From the NCBI RefSeq assembly GCF_001194135.2, contig NC_068999.1:32891910-32955909 (forward strand): a stretch of DNA of 64,000 bases. Direction: 5' to 3'. The stretch comes from Octopus bimaculoides (lineage: Eukaryota). Positions 50,888 to 64,000 of the stretch are shown one piece after another. A program made the position numbers and the translations under genes. The notes beneath the pieces were generated by a model. It was not told where the DNA came from and did no database searches. It worked only from the letters and a program-made list of their open reading frames with translations. Position 1 is the first letter of the stretch, and the number at the start of each line of letters is the position of its first letter.

Positions 50888-53727
50888 TATATATATATAC
50901 ATGTATTTATGAATGGTTATATAAACCAATTAATACAAGCATGTATGTTGGGCTGAGGCATTTAGCTATTTTGACAATCTCATGTAAAAATTATTTTATG
51001 CCCTAGGCATGTGTTAACAGGAAAATTTAAGTAGCAACATTATGATAGACGTGTTATAGTTAAATAAATAATGAGACACAATTCTGCTGTTGCTGCTTCT
51101 AATGGTGATTGTGACTGTGGTTGAGCAGTTGGTATTTATTGTGGTGGTAATTGTGAGGGTTATAGTGCTGCTACTAGTGAAGTGATGATATCGCTGACGA
51201 TGTTGATTGATACATTTATAGTGTTTCATCTACTGCACTAACTATAAAAGCTATTTCACATTCTATTTTGTTGGTTTTTCTCTATTTTATTTCCATCGCA
51301 CATTTATATTACTGGGAAAAGCAGCAGCATGTTCAGGGAGGGTTAACATAGCAGTTATTATTTCTGTTGTCTGTTCAGGGACTTTAACAGTTCTAACCAG
51401 GAAAATGTGTTGAAATTTCAAAATATAATCAAAGCCTATATCAGAACAGCTTTCATACATAAAAGCTGAGTTGCTGAAAAATAAATGTTTTATGCCATTA
51501 TTTCCATAGAATTATTTTTGTTGCATGCTGTCATTGTGTGGCTGAGCACTGCTTTAGGTGGGTCTTGGTTTCTTGCAGTGTTTGTTTTCTTTCTTTGTGT
51601 TTTTAATTTTTTATTATATTGACAGCACTCTAAATAATACATGTATAGTAGCTAATAGTACATTGTGTGCATTTAAGTCCAGCAGTTTTTGTTATGCATT
51701 TGTTTGCTGGTTTTTAATCAGTCTCACGGTAACTATTTGTGTGACGATTGCTTTTGTTTTCAACCCTCATGTTCTGATTATCTCTATTCCCATATCTTTA
51801 TATTCGGATAGATGGGTATTTTTCTTCATGTAATTCATTATCATATGTTGGGATTGATACATCAAACGGTAGGCATTTCCCTTTTTTTTTTTTGGTATCT
51901 TGGTTGTCCTTGACAGCAACATCTGGTTAATTAGCTATCATCTCTCTAACTACAGTATTGCATGTCCTAAATTATGGTCAGTTTGTACTTCAAGACCTTT
52001 TCTAGCATATCTACTATGTTTTTTCTGTTGGTATTTTACAATACTGACATAATTTCCAGAGTATGAAAGTTCCAGCTCTGTCGTTCTTGTGTGTGTGTGT
52101 GCATATGTGTGCATACATGTACATATATATTCTTTGTAAGCCTAGTACTTTTTTTATCAGTTTCTTTTGCTGAACCACTAAGTTACAGGGCCGTAGGCAG
52201 GGAGATAAACATAGACACAAAGACACACATGCATAAATACATATATATATATATATATATATATACATACATACATACGTACAACAGGCTTCTTTCAGTT
52301 TCCATCTACCAAATTCACTCACAAGCCTGAGGCTATAGTAGAAGACACTTGCCCAAGGTACCATGTGGTTGGGAAGCAAGCTTCTTACCACACAGCCATG
52401 CCTGCACCTATAACATATTTATGTATATAACTATCATCATTGTTTAAATATCCACTTTTCCATTCTTGCATGGTTTGGGCAGAATTTATTGAAATAGCTT
52501 TTCTATGGTTATCACCTGTCAACAGCATCTACTCCATTAGTCCATCTTGTGACCAACAGCACTACTCTGTCCACCTTCAAATAACTTTTGACTACCACTG
52601 TTCAGTCCATTTTATGTTTGGATATCTACCAGCCACAACTCAGTTTTATGCTCAGATAACTACTAAACATCATTTGTTCAAATACCTACTGATTGTTTCT
52701 ATTGCTCTGTCCATTTTGTGCCCAAATAACTTGGGTATGAGATGTTTTGGCACAGTAGTTGTGGATTTGGTTATTTGGTGTTTCTAATTCAATACTGACT
52801 TGAAGTTTTAATATCTCTCTTGTTCTCTCTTTCTGTTTATGTGTATGAACCTTATTATTTTTAAATGTATGAGGAGAGGGGGAAAAATCATGTTCAATTA
52901 ATAAATTGAAATCTCTCTCTCTCTCTCCTTCCTATCTGTATGTGTATATTTCTGTGTGCTTGTGTGTGTATTTGCATCCAGTGCCAAAAAGTACTATCCC
53001 CAAAAGACATTCAGTCCTGTCAGCCATGCCCAATAGTCTCATTCTGAAATAACTAATGACCATCTAGTTTCAAATAACTACTGGCCACTTCTGCTCTGAC
53101 ACTCTTAATGTTTGATGTAATCCAACTGAATGTGATTGGTGATTCTAGTATCTGCATGTGAGAGAGAGAGGTATGTGGGAAGAGTTTGTGTGTGTTTGCT
53201 TGGGAGAGGTGGAAAGTATGTTTGTATGAGCAAGTGTATATGAGAGATGTATTTGCATAAACCAATAGAGAAGCTGGAAGAGTTTCTGTTTTCTTCCAGG
53301 ACTATTTTCCAAATTTCTCACCAGTGGCCAAAGAACCAAATTTTAACCCTAAACAAAAGCTCTTTTATTGAATTTTAGTCAACATAGATATGATGTTTGT
53401 ATGTGTGAATGTCTACATATATATCTACGGATTTGTTTCTTCCTTTTCTTTTCTTTTGTTCACTTTCCTTTATTTTCCCTTTCTTTTTTCATTTTACCCT
53501 TTTATCATATTTAGTTTCTGCCATCTCAGCCTATGACAGGAAATCTGTATATCTATATAAATGTACAAATTCCATCAATTTTTCAGTTATAACTTGCCTG
53601 AAGACCCTGTGCACTGCACCTATAGACGAAACTCAGAGTACCATGAGACTAACTCAATCAAAATAAAATATGTTATTAATCTCTAATATGGTATTGACCA
53701 GTCTTTTTTCCTATAGTCCACATTTAT

Positions 53728-53783
<56 letters not shown>

Positions 53784-53799
53784 GTGTATATGTATGAAG

Positions 53800-54238
53800 G
53801 CATATTTTGTATTGATGTGTAGTGCGCGCGCGCGCACCACAGAAAGCGGTGAGAAGTGTTTCTCGGAGTGTGTAAACGATCAATGGGAAGCGTTAGTGTG
53901 TGCATATGTACACCCCTCCAAAAAAAAAAAAAACAAACAACATTCTTTTGCTTCCCATTTCAGTCTTGATATCTAACTATAACGATTATTTTTGCCTTAG
54001 CAACGGTAAATCCCACCGTAAACATGTTACTTAGTTACTGACAGATGTGCTTTGCTAGCAACAATAGCAGCTACAACAACCGGCGTGTTTCATAAGCATC
54101 AGCTTCATCACCAGACTGTTACTACTACAGCTACAATTATGTACTTCAATCAGGGAATGGCACTGTTCACCTATTGTATGTGTGTGTAGAAACTAACAAC
54201 GTATAATTTCACTATTCCTTAAGACGCATTCTTTCTCT

Positions 54239-54283
<45 letters not shown>

Positions 54284-55699
54284 GTTGAATATAAATGATG
54301 GTATTTAATAACTATTCCATCATGTCAATATTGCCTGAACAATAGAGAATTTGTGTCTGCCAGCCTATATTATCTCTTCGATTTACCGAGCAAATTTGCT
54401 ATATTATCCTGAAATTGGCCCCGCCGTGGTTTTCCTCTCCTATATTAACACACACACACTTAAATCTTTAGCTACACATAGGTACACGTACACACATTGG
54501 GTGCGTGGGGGAAATGAACTCGATATTTTCGAAATTGAAGTAATTAGGGAAACTGTTTGATGTTATAAATATAGTGATTGAATAATAGAAAGGGGGATGA
54601 GGAGGAGACAGTACATGGTAACTATTAAAGCTAACTGATGGTGATGATAGTGATAAGATCTGAGAGAATTTTATACTTATATATTTACTACTACAGTTTA
54701 GATTATTCCTATCTCTGCCATCTGAAATCTTGTACTCGCCAAATTTTCACGTCTTGTTTTTAAAAAAGTGCATATATGTACACATGCGTACATATATCCA
54801 TATTAGCACTAAAAACACCAATCACGCACCAGATGTAAATCTTTAGATGTTATACAACGGAATCTAGAATATCTTGATGGTGGAGAATTATGTTAAATTG
54901 ATTTTTCTTTCATCGATATCTCTGTCATTTGTCTATCTATTTCTCCATATATCGATAACTATACCAAGAACCGAAGATTTTTTTTCCTTCGCTCGCACGT
55001 CACGGTAACCATGTATTTCTATGTATGTGGTCGCTCGAACTGCTAGAAATTGTAGTCAAATGTATAATCACACTTCACCATCGCAATCTTACATTCTCAT
55101 TAAGATTGAACGATCAAGGTTTAAATGCTTTGCGTCATAGATCTGCTCAATCGGATTTCACCTGGGGTTGAACCTACAATTACAACTATATGTCTGTTTT
55201 TGTATCTGTATTTCTCCATTATTATGCCTACACTATGTAATTATACGAATACGTCTGCGTATATGTGTAGGTAGAGATATATTGTTTTCGTAACAGTCTT
55301 TTATAATTTCAGATTATTAATAAAATGAAAGTAAAGGTTCGATCTTTAATTGATCGCTAAGTTTTGATTGTGTTTTCCTTAGAGGTGGGGGAGTAGACTA
55401 TAGTTATGGGTGTTTGGTGAAGGAATTGGAAGATGAAAAGCTGACCTAAATGACAACTGACCCTTAGTCTTTGTCTCCTCGTAGCTACACACAAACAAGT
55501 TTACATCAACACCAACGAAGAAACCTCTATATGGTCAGCCGACTTGCTAGAGAAAGCAACTAAATTACTCTCAAATCATACCCCACTGCCTAAAATAAAC
55601 GGAAGACACATTCGATAATGCTGTCCTGCAAACCCCTATTAGGTTTGTTCAATCAGGATTGGCCTGGGTTTAAACAATTTACATTACCATCCACACCAG

Positions 55700-55733
<34 letters not shown>

Positions 55734-55896
55734 CATACACTACATCCGACCCCATAGAAACTGTAAACGATCTCCACCATTTCAATAAATAGAGGAAGTG
55801 ATATTTCTACCTCTATTTTGTAGAGAGTGCATCTAGCGACCAACACGACTCTTTTTTTTTTTACCGTTCACCACCCCCCATTCTCCCTCCTTGACT

Positions 55897-55951
<55 letters not shown>

Positions 55952-56155
55952 CGTTCATGCTTCCCCTTCATTATGTTTCTCGGATTAACTATTTGGAGTG
56001 CAGAGTTCTCTTTCATCTGAGACCAAACACTTAGATACAATACCAACAACTCAAATCCTGCTACACACTCGCACTGCTCTGTTAACTGTAAACCGGCATC
56101 ATGATTGGTATCGATTGAATTCACATTTCATTTCCTACAGCCGCTCCCTCTCTGC

Positions 56156-56200
<45 letters not shown>

Positions 56201-59200
56201 TCCCTTTGACTCTTACTAAGAAGTTGTCACACCCTCTGTCACCAACAAACCTTTCTGACACCAGGCGCGACAAATAAGTGGGGGTGTTTTCGCCTCCGTC
56301 AATGCCCCCAGAGGATCTAATAATAAATCTACCGTGGAGGTTTATCAACTTGTATCTACTATTTTCCATGTTTTATTATTCTAACTATGTATAAGTCAGT
56401 TAGAAACACTAAAAAAAAGGAACCTTACTATTATGATTCCCGAATTCCTAGGTAAGACCTACTGTCTCATAACTTTTTGCATCATGATGTTTTGATATTA
56501 AGTAATGTGTATATTATGTATTGTGGTTTCGTAGACTGATAGTGTTGTCCAGCTTGATCTTGGGTGTGATAATTGAAACAAATTAAAGACCGGTACTACT
56601 AAAGCAGCGCGGACCCGATCCTAACCCTAACCCTAAACACGTATTCATTTGCACACGCGGGTTAGGGATAGGGTTAGGGACAGGGTTAGGGTTAGGATCG
56701 ACCACTCAAGACTAGCTAGCGCGGACGCGCGATTGCGCGTTTGAGTCCGCGCTGCTTTAGTAGTACCTTAAAGACCTTAGTCTTACATGTGTATATTTCG
56801 CTATCTCCCATCTGTTTGTCTGTTTCCCTCTGTTCAGTACAAACACACACACTTTATCAATGTATTGATAAAACTAGACACACGTCTGTCCCCTCTCTTT
56901 TACGAAACTCCAGGTCTCTGAGTCACTGTAGTTCTCGTTTATAGAAATATGAATATTTCACTTTATGTGTTGAGTTCTGTTTCTTTCGTTGTGTGTGTGT
57001 GTGTGTGTGTATAAATTCACACGTGTTATTTAGTTATCTATTGCCACGATCCAATTTTGAATCTCGGCTGGACTCCGCTTCATTTCATTCAAATATGCCC
57101 TTGGCAATAAAAGGGGTGTAAGGGACTTGTAATCTCTCTCCCTGTTATGTGTAAGTATGTGTGATTTCTCTTCGGTTGCATTTCGCTGGAAGTACCCGCC
57201 TTCAGTGTGTATGTGAGAGACAGAGACAGACAGACAAGCAGTCAAGCAGAGGGGATATCAGGTGTAGTAACATTTTTGTCAGTGTCAAGTTCAGGCTCGG
57301 AGAATGAATGCATATTAAAACTAGTTTGTTTAGTGAGTAGTTAAAGTGATTTTCTCCACTTGATTGGGCCACATACCTACCTATCTACGTACAAAACTTA
57401 CCTACCGACTTTAACCTAGATATTACATGTTTATACAGATATTTATGTGTGTGGACGCACATATACTTAATACGCACCTAGCAACATAATTGTCGACTTA
57501 AATCGCCAACTTTATATGTAACATAACTAATACATCTTACTCTCTACTTTAATATCCAGTTATACCTACTTTTTTCCTTTGATCTGTCTGTCTTTCAGTT
57601 AATATATCTGCCTATTTACCTCTCTCGCGCTCATTATCTAGGGTGTGGGGCAAAGTTAGTAATTTATGATTTCTTATTCTTTTCTCCTTACCCGTTTTAA
57701 ACCATTACATTGCAAGTATTGTATCATCATTTTGAACTGTTACATCGTCTCTGGGAGTAAAAATTGGTCAACATAGTTGTTGAAGTTGAGAGTTTGAAAC
57801 TGTCAGGTATCATGGTACTTTTTTTTTCAAGAAATTTTTCCTCAACTTAGACCCGATTGTAATTAAGGTTGCGAAAAAATATCTGGATAATTTTTGGTGT
57901 TTAACAATCAATATTCTTTTCTGTGTTGGATTCGAAGTCATACGCATGTCTAGTTTGATCATTTTGGGGCAGAATGAGTAATAACTAATTTCAATAATTT
58001 CTTCACTTTAACTACTTGGTGTGTAAATATATCATGAAGAGAGCTACTTCAGCAGATTGTGAAGAAGCTGTAGAGAATATTTTATGTTGAGTTTTTACAT
58101 GTTATCGTGTTTCATTAATTTCATATCATGTACCATTTTTCCCTGAACCTCTTTCATTTGACCTAGATATTTTTAATTTCTGTTGAATCTCTGATCTTTT
58201 TGATGTCTAAGAATGGATATTAATGTTGGCATTCTTTCGATAAAGGTAATAGTCATTTAGTACATTTAGAGAATGTCATTCGCTTAGTTGATATAGTTTT
58301 TGTAAAGTAGTGAATATTTGTAAAAGATATATTTTCTCAAAGTTAAAAATACAGTAAATATTACTCATTGTACCCCACCCCTTATCCATCCGTCTGCGTT
58401 GTTTAATAAGATATCTATGGGTAGGTCTATCTCTACTCACTAATTTAATACTGTAGCCATAAAAAAATACTTTTATCTTTCTGGTAAAGTTCTGTGTGAG
58501 GTATATCGTATTGCATCCGTGTAGTATGTGATATGTCTACTGTATGGTGTGTTATGTATATTTGGTGTTTGTATGTGTATTATACTGTGAGGATCTATTG
58601 CAGTTCTTATGATCACTTTTTAATGTGTACCAATATAGGGTAGAGCATTAGTGTGTCTGCGCTTCTAAGTGTATCTATTTGTATGTGTTTTATATTGTGA
58701 CACTCTAACTCTCTCTCTCTCTCATATATATATATTTATGTGTGTGTCTATATTGTGACATATATGTATTCATATAAATGAGGATATAGGTATAGCCTTG
58801 TGCATATTGAGATTTGGAAGCATTCTTCCTAACTGAAGACTCTCTAGATACAAATATTTTCGACCTCTGCGTGGTTGCTCTAGAAATATTTCACTCAAAT
58901 CACAACATGCCGAAAAGCATTAGATAATGTAGTCCTACATATCGCTATATATATATAAAAAAAAACGGCAGCTTATGACTAGATTGCCTTTAATCATAAG
59001 GCTGACCTGGAGCTAAACAAAAACAAAAAATCCACTCGACGATCACCATTACCACCAATGTTTTGTTTTTGTTGATGCTTCTGTAGACTGTATATTGAAA
59101 TAATACACCACATGATGTTTTCACGGTCATCGATAGTAAATCATTCACATGTTCTCATACATTCTCTGCGCTGATTAGATCGATGCAGGCTTCCGTTGGT

Positions 59201-59750
59201 GTCTCTAGCAACCACGTGTTTACACATACTGAATTTCCATGTTGAAATTTTGGCAGATACGTTTTTCATCCGTGCCGCAAAGGAGGCCTCTACATAGTTC
59301 CGTAGTGCCCTTTTCTTATAACCCCTTTTATTACACTTCTAACAGGGATTTCACGAAGACATGTGAGTTTCCGCATAGTCGTTTGACTTGTTCGAAGTAT
59401 CATTCTGTTGATTCCTGATTAGTTTCTATGTATAAAGTAGAGATCACACTATGTTGACAGCCTTCAATAGTGGGGCCAGCATTGTTTCTCCTCTCTCTCA
59501 CTCATTCACTCAAAGACACGATGACCTCGGCCAATTTATAATAGATCGAACAGTTTTTTCAATCGGTTTTTACCAGCTATAAAGTGAACTCTTTCACAGC
59601 TGACTCAACACGCGCGCGTATTACAAACTATGTGTGTGTTCAATATCCTTTTGAAAATATCTTATGATGAATCACTACCGTGTCTATTACTAGATCAATA
59701 TATTCTCACCTGTTAATGAACTGGACGAATGAATTGTCCTTATTAACTCC
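53800..59750. promoter_or_regulatory. CpG-retaining, SINE-poor interval; possible internal promoter or enhancer
   Basis: CG dinucleotides are visibly frequent here and scarce in the flanking intron. Not computed; function inferred. Confidence 0.35.
56592..56767. mobile_element. 176-bp non-autonomous DNA transposon (MITE) with 23-bp perfect TIRs, 9-bp TSD and internal telomeric repeats
   Basis: TIR GGTACTACTAAAGCAGCGCGGAC at 56592-56614 and 56745-56767; TSD TTAAAGACC at 56583-56591 and 56768-56776. Confidence 0.92.
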
Positions 59751-62700
59751 TCTCTCTCTCTTTCTCCCTCTCTGCTCGTAATACTCTAAGACAATTTAGT
59801 CAACAATATACTTCTCCTTTGACTATATTTTTGGGCGGGATTGTTAGAACATTGGATAAAACGTATCTTGTTACAACTCTTTGTCATTATTGAAATCCCA
59901 CTGAGATCAACTTTGCCTTTTTATTCTTTCAGGGTCAATAAAATAAAATACTAGTCAAGTACTGAAATTAGTTATTTGACTCACTCCTTTCATTGAATTT
60001 TAGGTTTTCTACCTGTTAGAAATGCATTGGTCAAAATGCATTGCAGTAATTATTTCAGCTCCATATGTTTTAAATTGTATTAGTAATACAGCCCACCTAA
60101 TGATGATCCATGGCTCATACAGATTACTTCTTGGAAAAGGTTGCCCCTACCTGTTCTAAATTTAAATCCTGCTGAGATAATTTTGCCTTTAATCTTTTTA
60201 GGGTATATAAAATAAAAGTATTTGTCAAATATTGCCTTAAAATTGAAGCCTTGTGGTGATGTCAGAAATTACGATTACCCTGAGAGGCAATGGACCGAGG
60301 ATGAAGTTAACTTCAGGTGAAAAATTGGGAAGAGGTCATGAACAGAGTCACTAGTTTCAATCAAAAATGGTTTGAGAGGAAGTAAAAGTCAGGTTGAAGT
60401 GGATAATATCTACACTATATTGATGATGTACTACATGACTCTTGTGTCTTGTCTCAGAAAACATCTGACCCGAAGTTGTGCTGTTTTGTTTCTTATGTGA
60501 TAGTGACAGGTCTCACTGGCCAGGAGGACCATTTCTCATTTCAGAATAGTTTGTTTCTTTGTACTTAATTTTTTCTGTGTGTGTAAAGAAAAGTGCTTTT
60601 GACACCCCCCTCCCCAGCTGACCAAAGCCTTTGAGAGGACTTGGTAGATGGACAAAAACTGAAAAGAAGCCCATTGTATGTGTATGTTTGTGTCCTCTTG
60701 TCTTGATAACATGTGATGGTTGTAAATGAGTGTCACGGTCATTCATACAAGAAATGTCATTCATTCTGCAAAAATATTTCAGGCCATGGGGAAATAACGC
60801 CTTACTTAGTTGTAAAGGTTGATGACAGGAAGGGCATCCAGTCATAGAAAATCTACCTCGATAGACTTTGTCTGACCCATGCAGGCATGGAAAAGTGATC
60901 ATTAACTAAATAATGATGATGATTTCCTTATTACATTTATCAAGTCCAAGTGTTGTTATTTTATAGTAGTTTTCTATTTGCGTATTGTGCCTGTGGCATG
61001 TAAAAAGCACCAACCGATCGTGACCGTTGCCAGCCTCCTCTGGCCCCTGTGCCGGTGGCACATAAAAAGCACCCACTACACTCATGGAGTGGTTAGCATT
61101 AGGAAAGGCATCCAGCTGTAGAAACACTGCCAGATCATACTGGAGCCTGGTGCAGCCTCCTGGCTTCCCAGATCCCGGTCAAACTATCCAACCCATGCTA
61201 GCATGGAAAATGGACGTTAAACAATGATAATGATGAAGATGTAGGTATATTTTGTTTGCTGGTGTTGCAACTGTTGTGGCTGTTAAATGGAAAGTTAGAT
61301 TTTATGGGCTAAATATGCAATATACTTTTGATTCTTGATCAATACTGTTTTACTTAATCATGTTATTGTTAGAGTGAGGAAGTGGGAAATCCCCAAACAA
61401 GGGTATTGAAATATATCTGTCACATCTATGTCTGCCATCTCTGCTAAAGGTGAGTGGGGAGAAACTATTAGTATGTGATGGCATTACTCTCTAGGCCATG
61501 ACTCACCATTGGTTTCCACTAAATGTAGGAATTAAAGGAAACAGTAAACAGTTGTTTCTTATTGCCTTCTTTGAAGTTTGAAGATCAGTGCAGTAATCTA
61601 TGAAAGCAGTTATTCTCTCAATGCCTATGCAATGAACTATATCTATTTTCATTTAGGTGCATTTGAGAGTTAAAAGTGTTTTAGTAGGCACACAATAAGG
61701 ACCAGTGCTCACCCCTTATGAACTTGGTGTAATTGTGACTCCAGTATAAGACAATGGTTTCTGGTACTGACTTGATTTTTAAATTTGGTGAAAAAATTCT
61801 TTAAAGTTCTTGTTCTATAGAAAATTGATGATGGAATTTCTATGATATTCATGCCTTTACCAAGCTAATACCTGGTTATGAATTCTTTGTATTCTTCCCT
61901 TGCATTAAACTTAATGCAATTATTGTTCTTTTGTCTTAGTTTAACATTGATAGATCAATGATATTCCAGCCATGACCATCTGGTTAATGTGATCACTGAC
62001 AAATTGAAGTTCACAGGGCTTTCTGAATGACATACCTAAATATAAAAGTACCTTGATTTTTTTTCAGTTGTGTGGCTCACCTGATGATGTACCATATCTC
62101 ATGAAACCTGCTTCTTGGGAAAATGTTGACCATGCCTGGTCTAATGTGTTCATGTGTCCATCCTTCTTTAAAACAGTAGGAGTGTAATTTATTCACATTT
62201 TGCTGCTATTTATAGTGAAATGGCTGATATCCAGATTATTTTATGTGGAAGCAAGAAAAGTACTGTATGTCTTTGTAAAGAAACTTAGCCATTTTTCTCT
62301 CACTTCCTTAACTCTTTCATTTTCCTTCCTTTCTGTAATCACTCAATCCACATCTCTTCTTCCTCTTTCGCCCCCTTCTCTTTCTCTCTCTCTCTCTCTC
62401 TCTCCCATGCTGATTTCCACAGAAACCATTAGTAGCAAACATATGACATTGCCAATGTTGCTCTGTGTTGCCATGACAACCAAATTCCTCATCACCCTAT
62501 CCATTCTGTGGCCAGCTACAGTGGCACACTGGGGGACTGACTGTTATTCAGGTTTACACCAATTATCAGTTTATTGTAAAATAACTCCTCCCTTTTTACT
62601 GGATTTTCTTCATTATTCTTTTTTCTTATTTTCGCAAATAATTCTTTCATTATCAGTCAAATCAATCATTAACCTATTCTTTCTATGATCTTAAGAAAAG

Positions 62701-63239
62701 CATGACCATCACAGCCTCCCATTTGTATTATCTAAGGTCTTTTATTAATTTATAATAAAAAAGATTTTTGGGGGGGGTTTTTTTCCCTGTTTTAGTATTA
62801 CTTCTCATGCTGTAACTACACTTTGGAAAGCATTAATGTTACCACACAGAAAAGATTCCCTTCCTCTCTGCTTATGTAAAGAAATATGAGATCTAATGTC
62901 TAAGAAAAAAAATATCAATTTTTATCACTTTTCTATTGCCACCTCCCTCATGTCTCCCTTCATATCTATCTTTCCCTGCCTCCATTTAATCCCTCTCACC
63001 CTGCTCTCACTATGTTATTGGAAGAGGAATCAGTGCCACATTCTGGTTGAAGAAGTTGACACCTCTCATTCAATGTTTTTCCTGTTCTTTGAGAAGACCT
63101 AGCTTTTACTCTGCATTTATGGAGATCACGTAACTGTGTGTTGGTAGGGATGATTAACAGGATTGATTTAATTGATTTATTAGAAATGTTATGCAGAAGA
63201 ATCCCAAGAACTGGTCTTCAGTGACAGAACAGTGCTAAT

Positions 63240-63790
63240 ATTAATAACAATGGTTTTAAATGTTGGCACATGGCTGGCAATTTTAGGAGGAGGGTATCAG
63301 TCGATCACATTGACCTCACTGCTCAACTGGTACTTATTTTGAGAATTCCAAGGCAAATTTGATCTTGGCAGAATTGAAATGTCACTAAGCATTTTGTTTG
63401 ACATGCTAATGTTTCTGCCAACTTGCCACCTTAATAATGCTTTCAAATTTTGGCACAGGGCTAGCAGTTTGTGAAGGGAGGGAGAAGTTGATTACATCAA
63501 CTCCAGTATTTGGCTGGTACTTATTTTATGGACCCTGAAAGGATGAAAGCAGAGCCAACCTCAGCAGAATTTGAATTCAGTGTATGAAGACAGAGAAAAT
63601 GCTGCGAAGCAGTTTACCTGGCCTGTTAATGATTCTGCCAGCTCACTGCCTTAATAATTTCAAAAACACACAAAAGGAATGTGTAGTTCAGTCAATCAAT
63701 CCCAGTGCCTAACTGGTACTTTATTTTATCAACCCCAATATTTGACTGCTTCTTTATTTTATTGACCCCTGAGTAGTGAAAGGTAATGTC
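63240..63790 (-). mobile_element. Cluster of minus-strand family-A SINE copies
   Basis: ctggtacttatttt...aaaggatgaaag...agaatttgaa...gattctgccagctcactgcctt is the reverse complement of family A. Confidence 0.8.
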
Positions 63791-64000
63791 TGCTCTGTGG
63801 AATTTAATTCAGGATGCTCAGTCCTAATCAGGTGATATCACTCTTCATTCCTCCTACATTTTCACACTCAGGTGTCTTCCATATGCAGCTTAGACCCCTC
63901 ACACCAAATTTGTGCTGACCCTTGCACTGAAAACTCAAAACATCTTCCAAAGTTATCATGATAATCTTGTGTCCATAACAGCACAAGCACATGATCACTT

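Overview
AT-rich, microsatellite-dense, gapped eukaryotic DNA. The SINE/RTE repertoire and gene content look like an octopus (coleoid cephalopod) genome; this is inferred, not database-checked. The window lies inside a + strand discs-large (dlg1/SAP97-PSD95 family MAGUK) gene. Three clear coding exons (2251-2387, 3368-3512, 8240-8366) encode PDZ2 and the PDZ2-PDZ3 linker. A strong candidate in-frame 18-nt microexon sits at 7271-7288. I could not find the PDZ3 exon downstream, so about 55 kb appears intronic. That intron holds tRNA-derived SINEs, decayed RTE and L1/Tx1-like LINE fragments, TTAA (piggyBac-like) and hAT MITEs, minisatellites and five N gaps. Most unusual: a 176-bp element with perfect 23-bp TIRs, a 9-bp TSD and internal inverted telomeric repeats; a spacerless 168-bp palindrome inside a cluster of inverted repeats; hammerhead-like cores in repeat remnants; a candidate poison/terminal exon; and a ~6-kb CpG-retaining, SINE-poor island that may be an internal promoter or enhancer.
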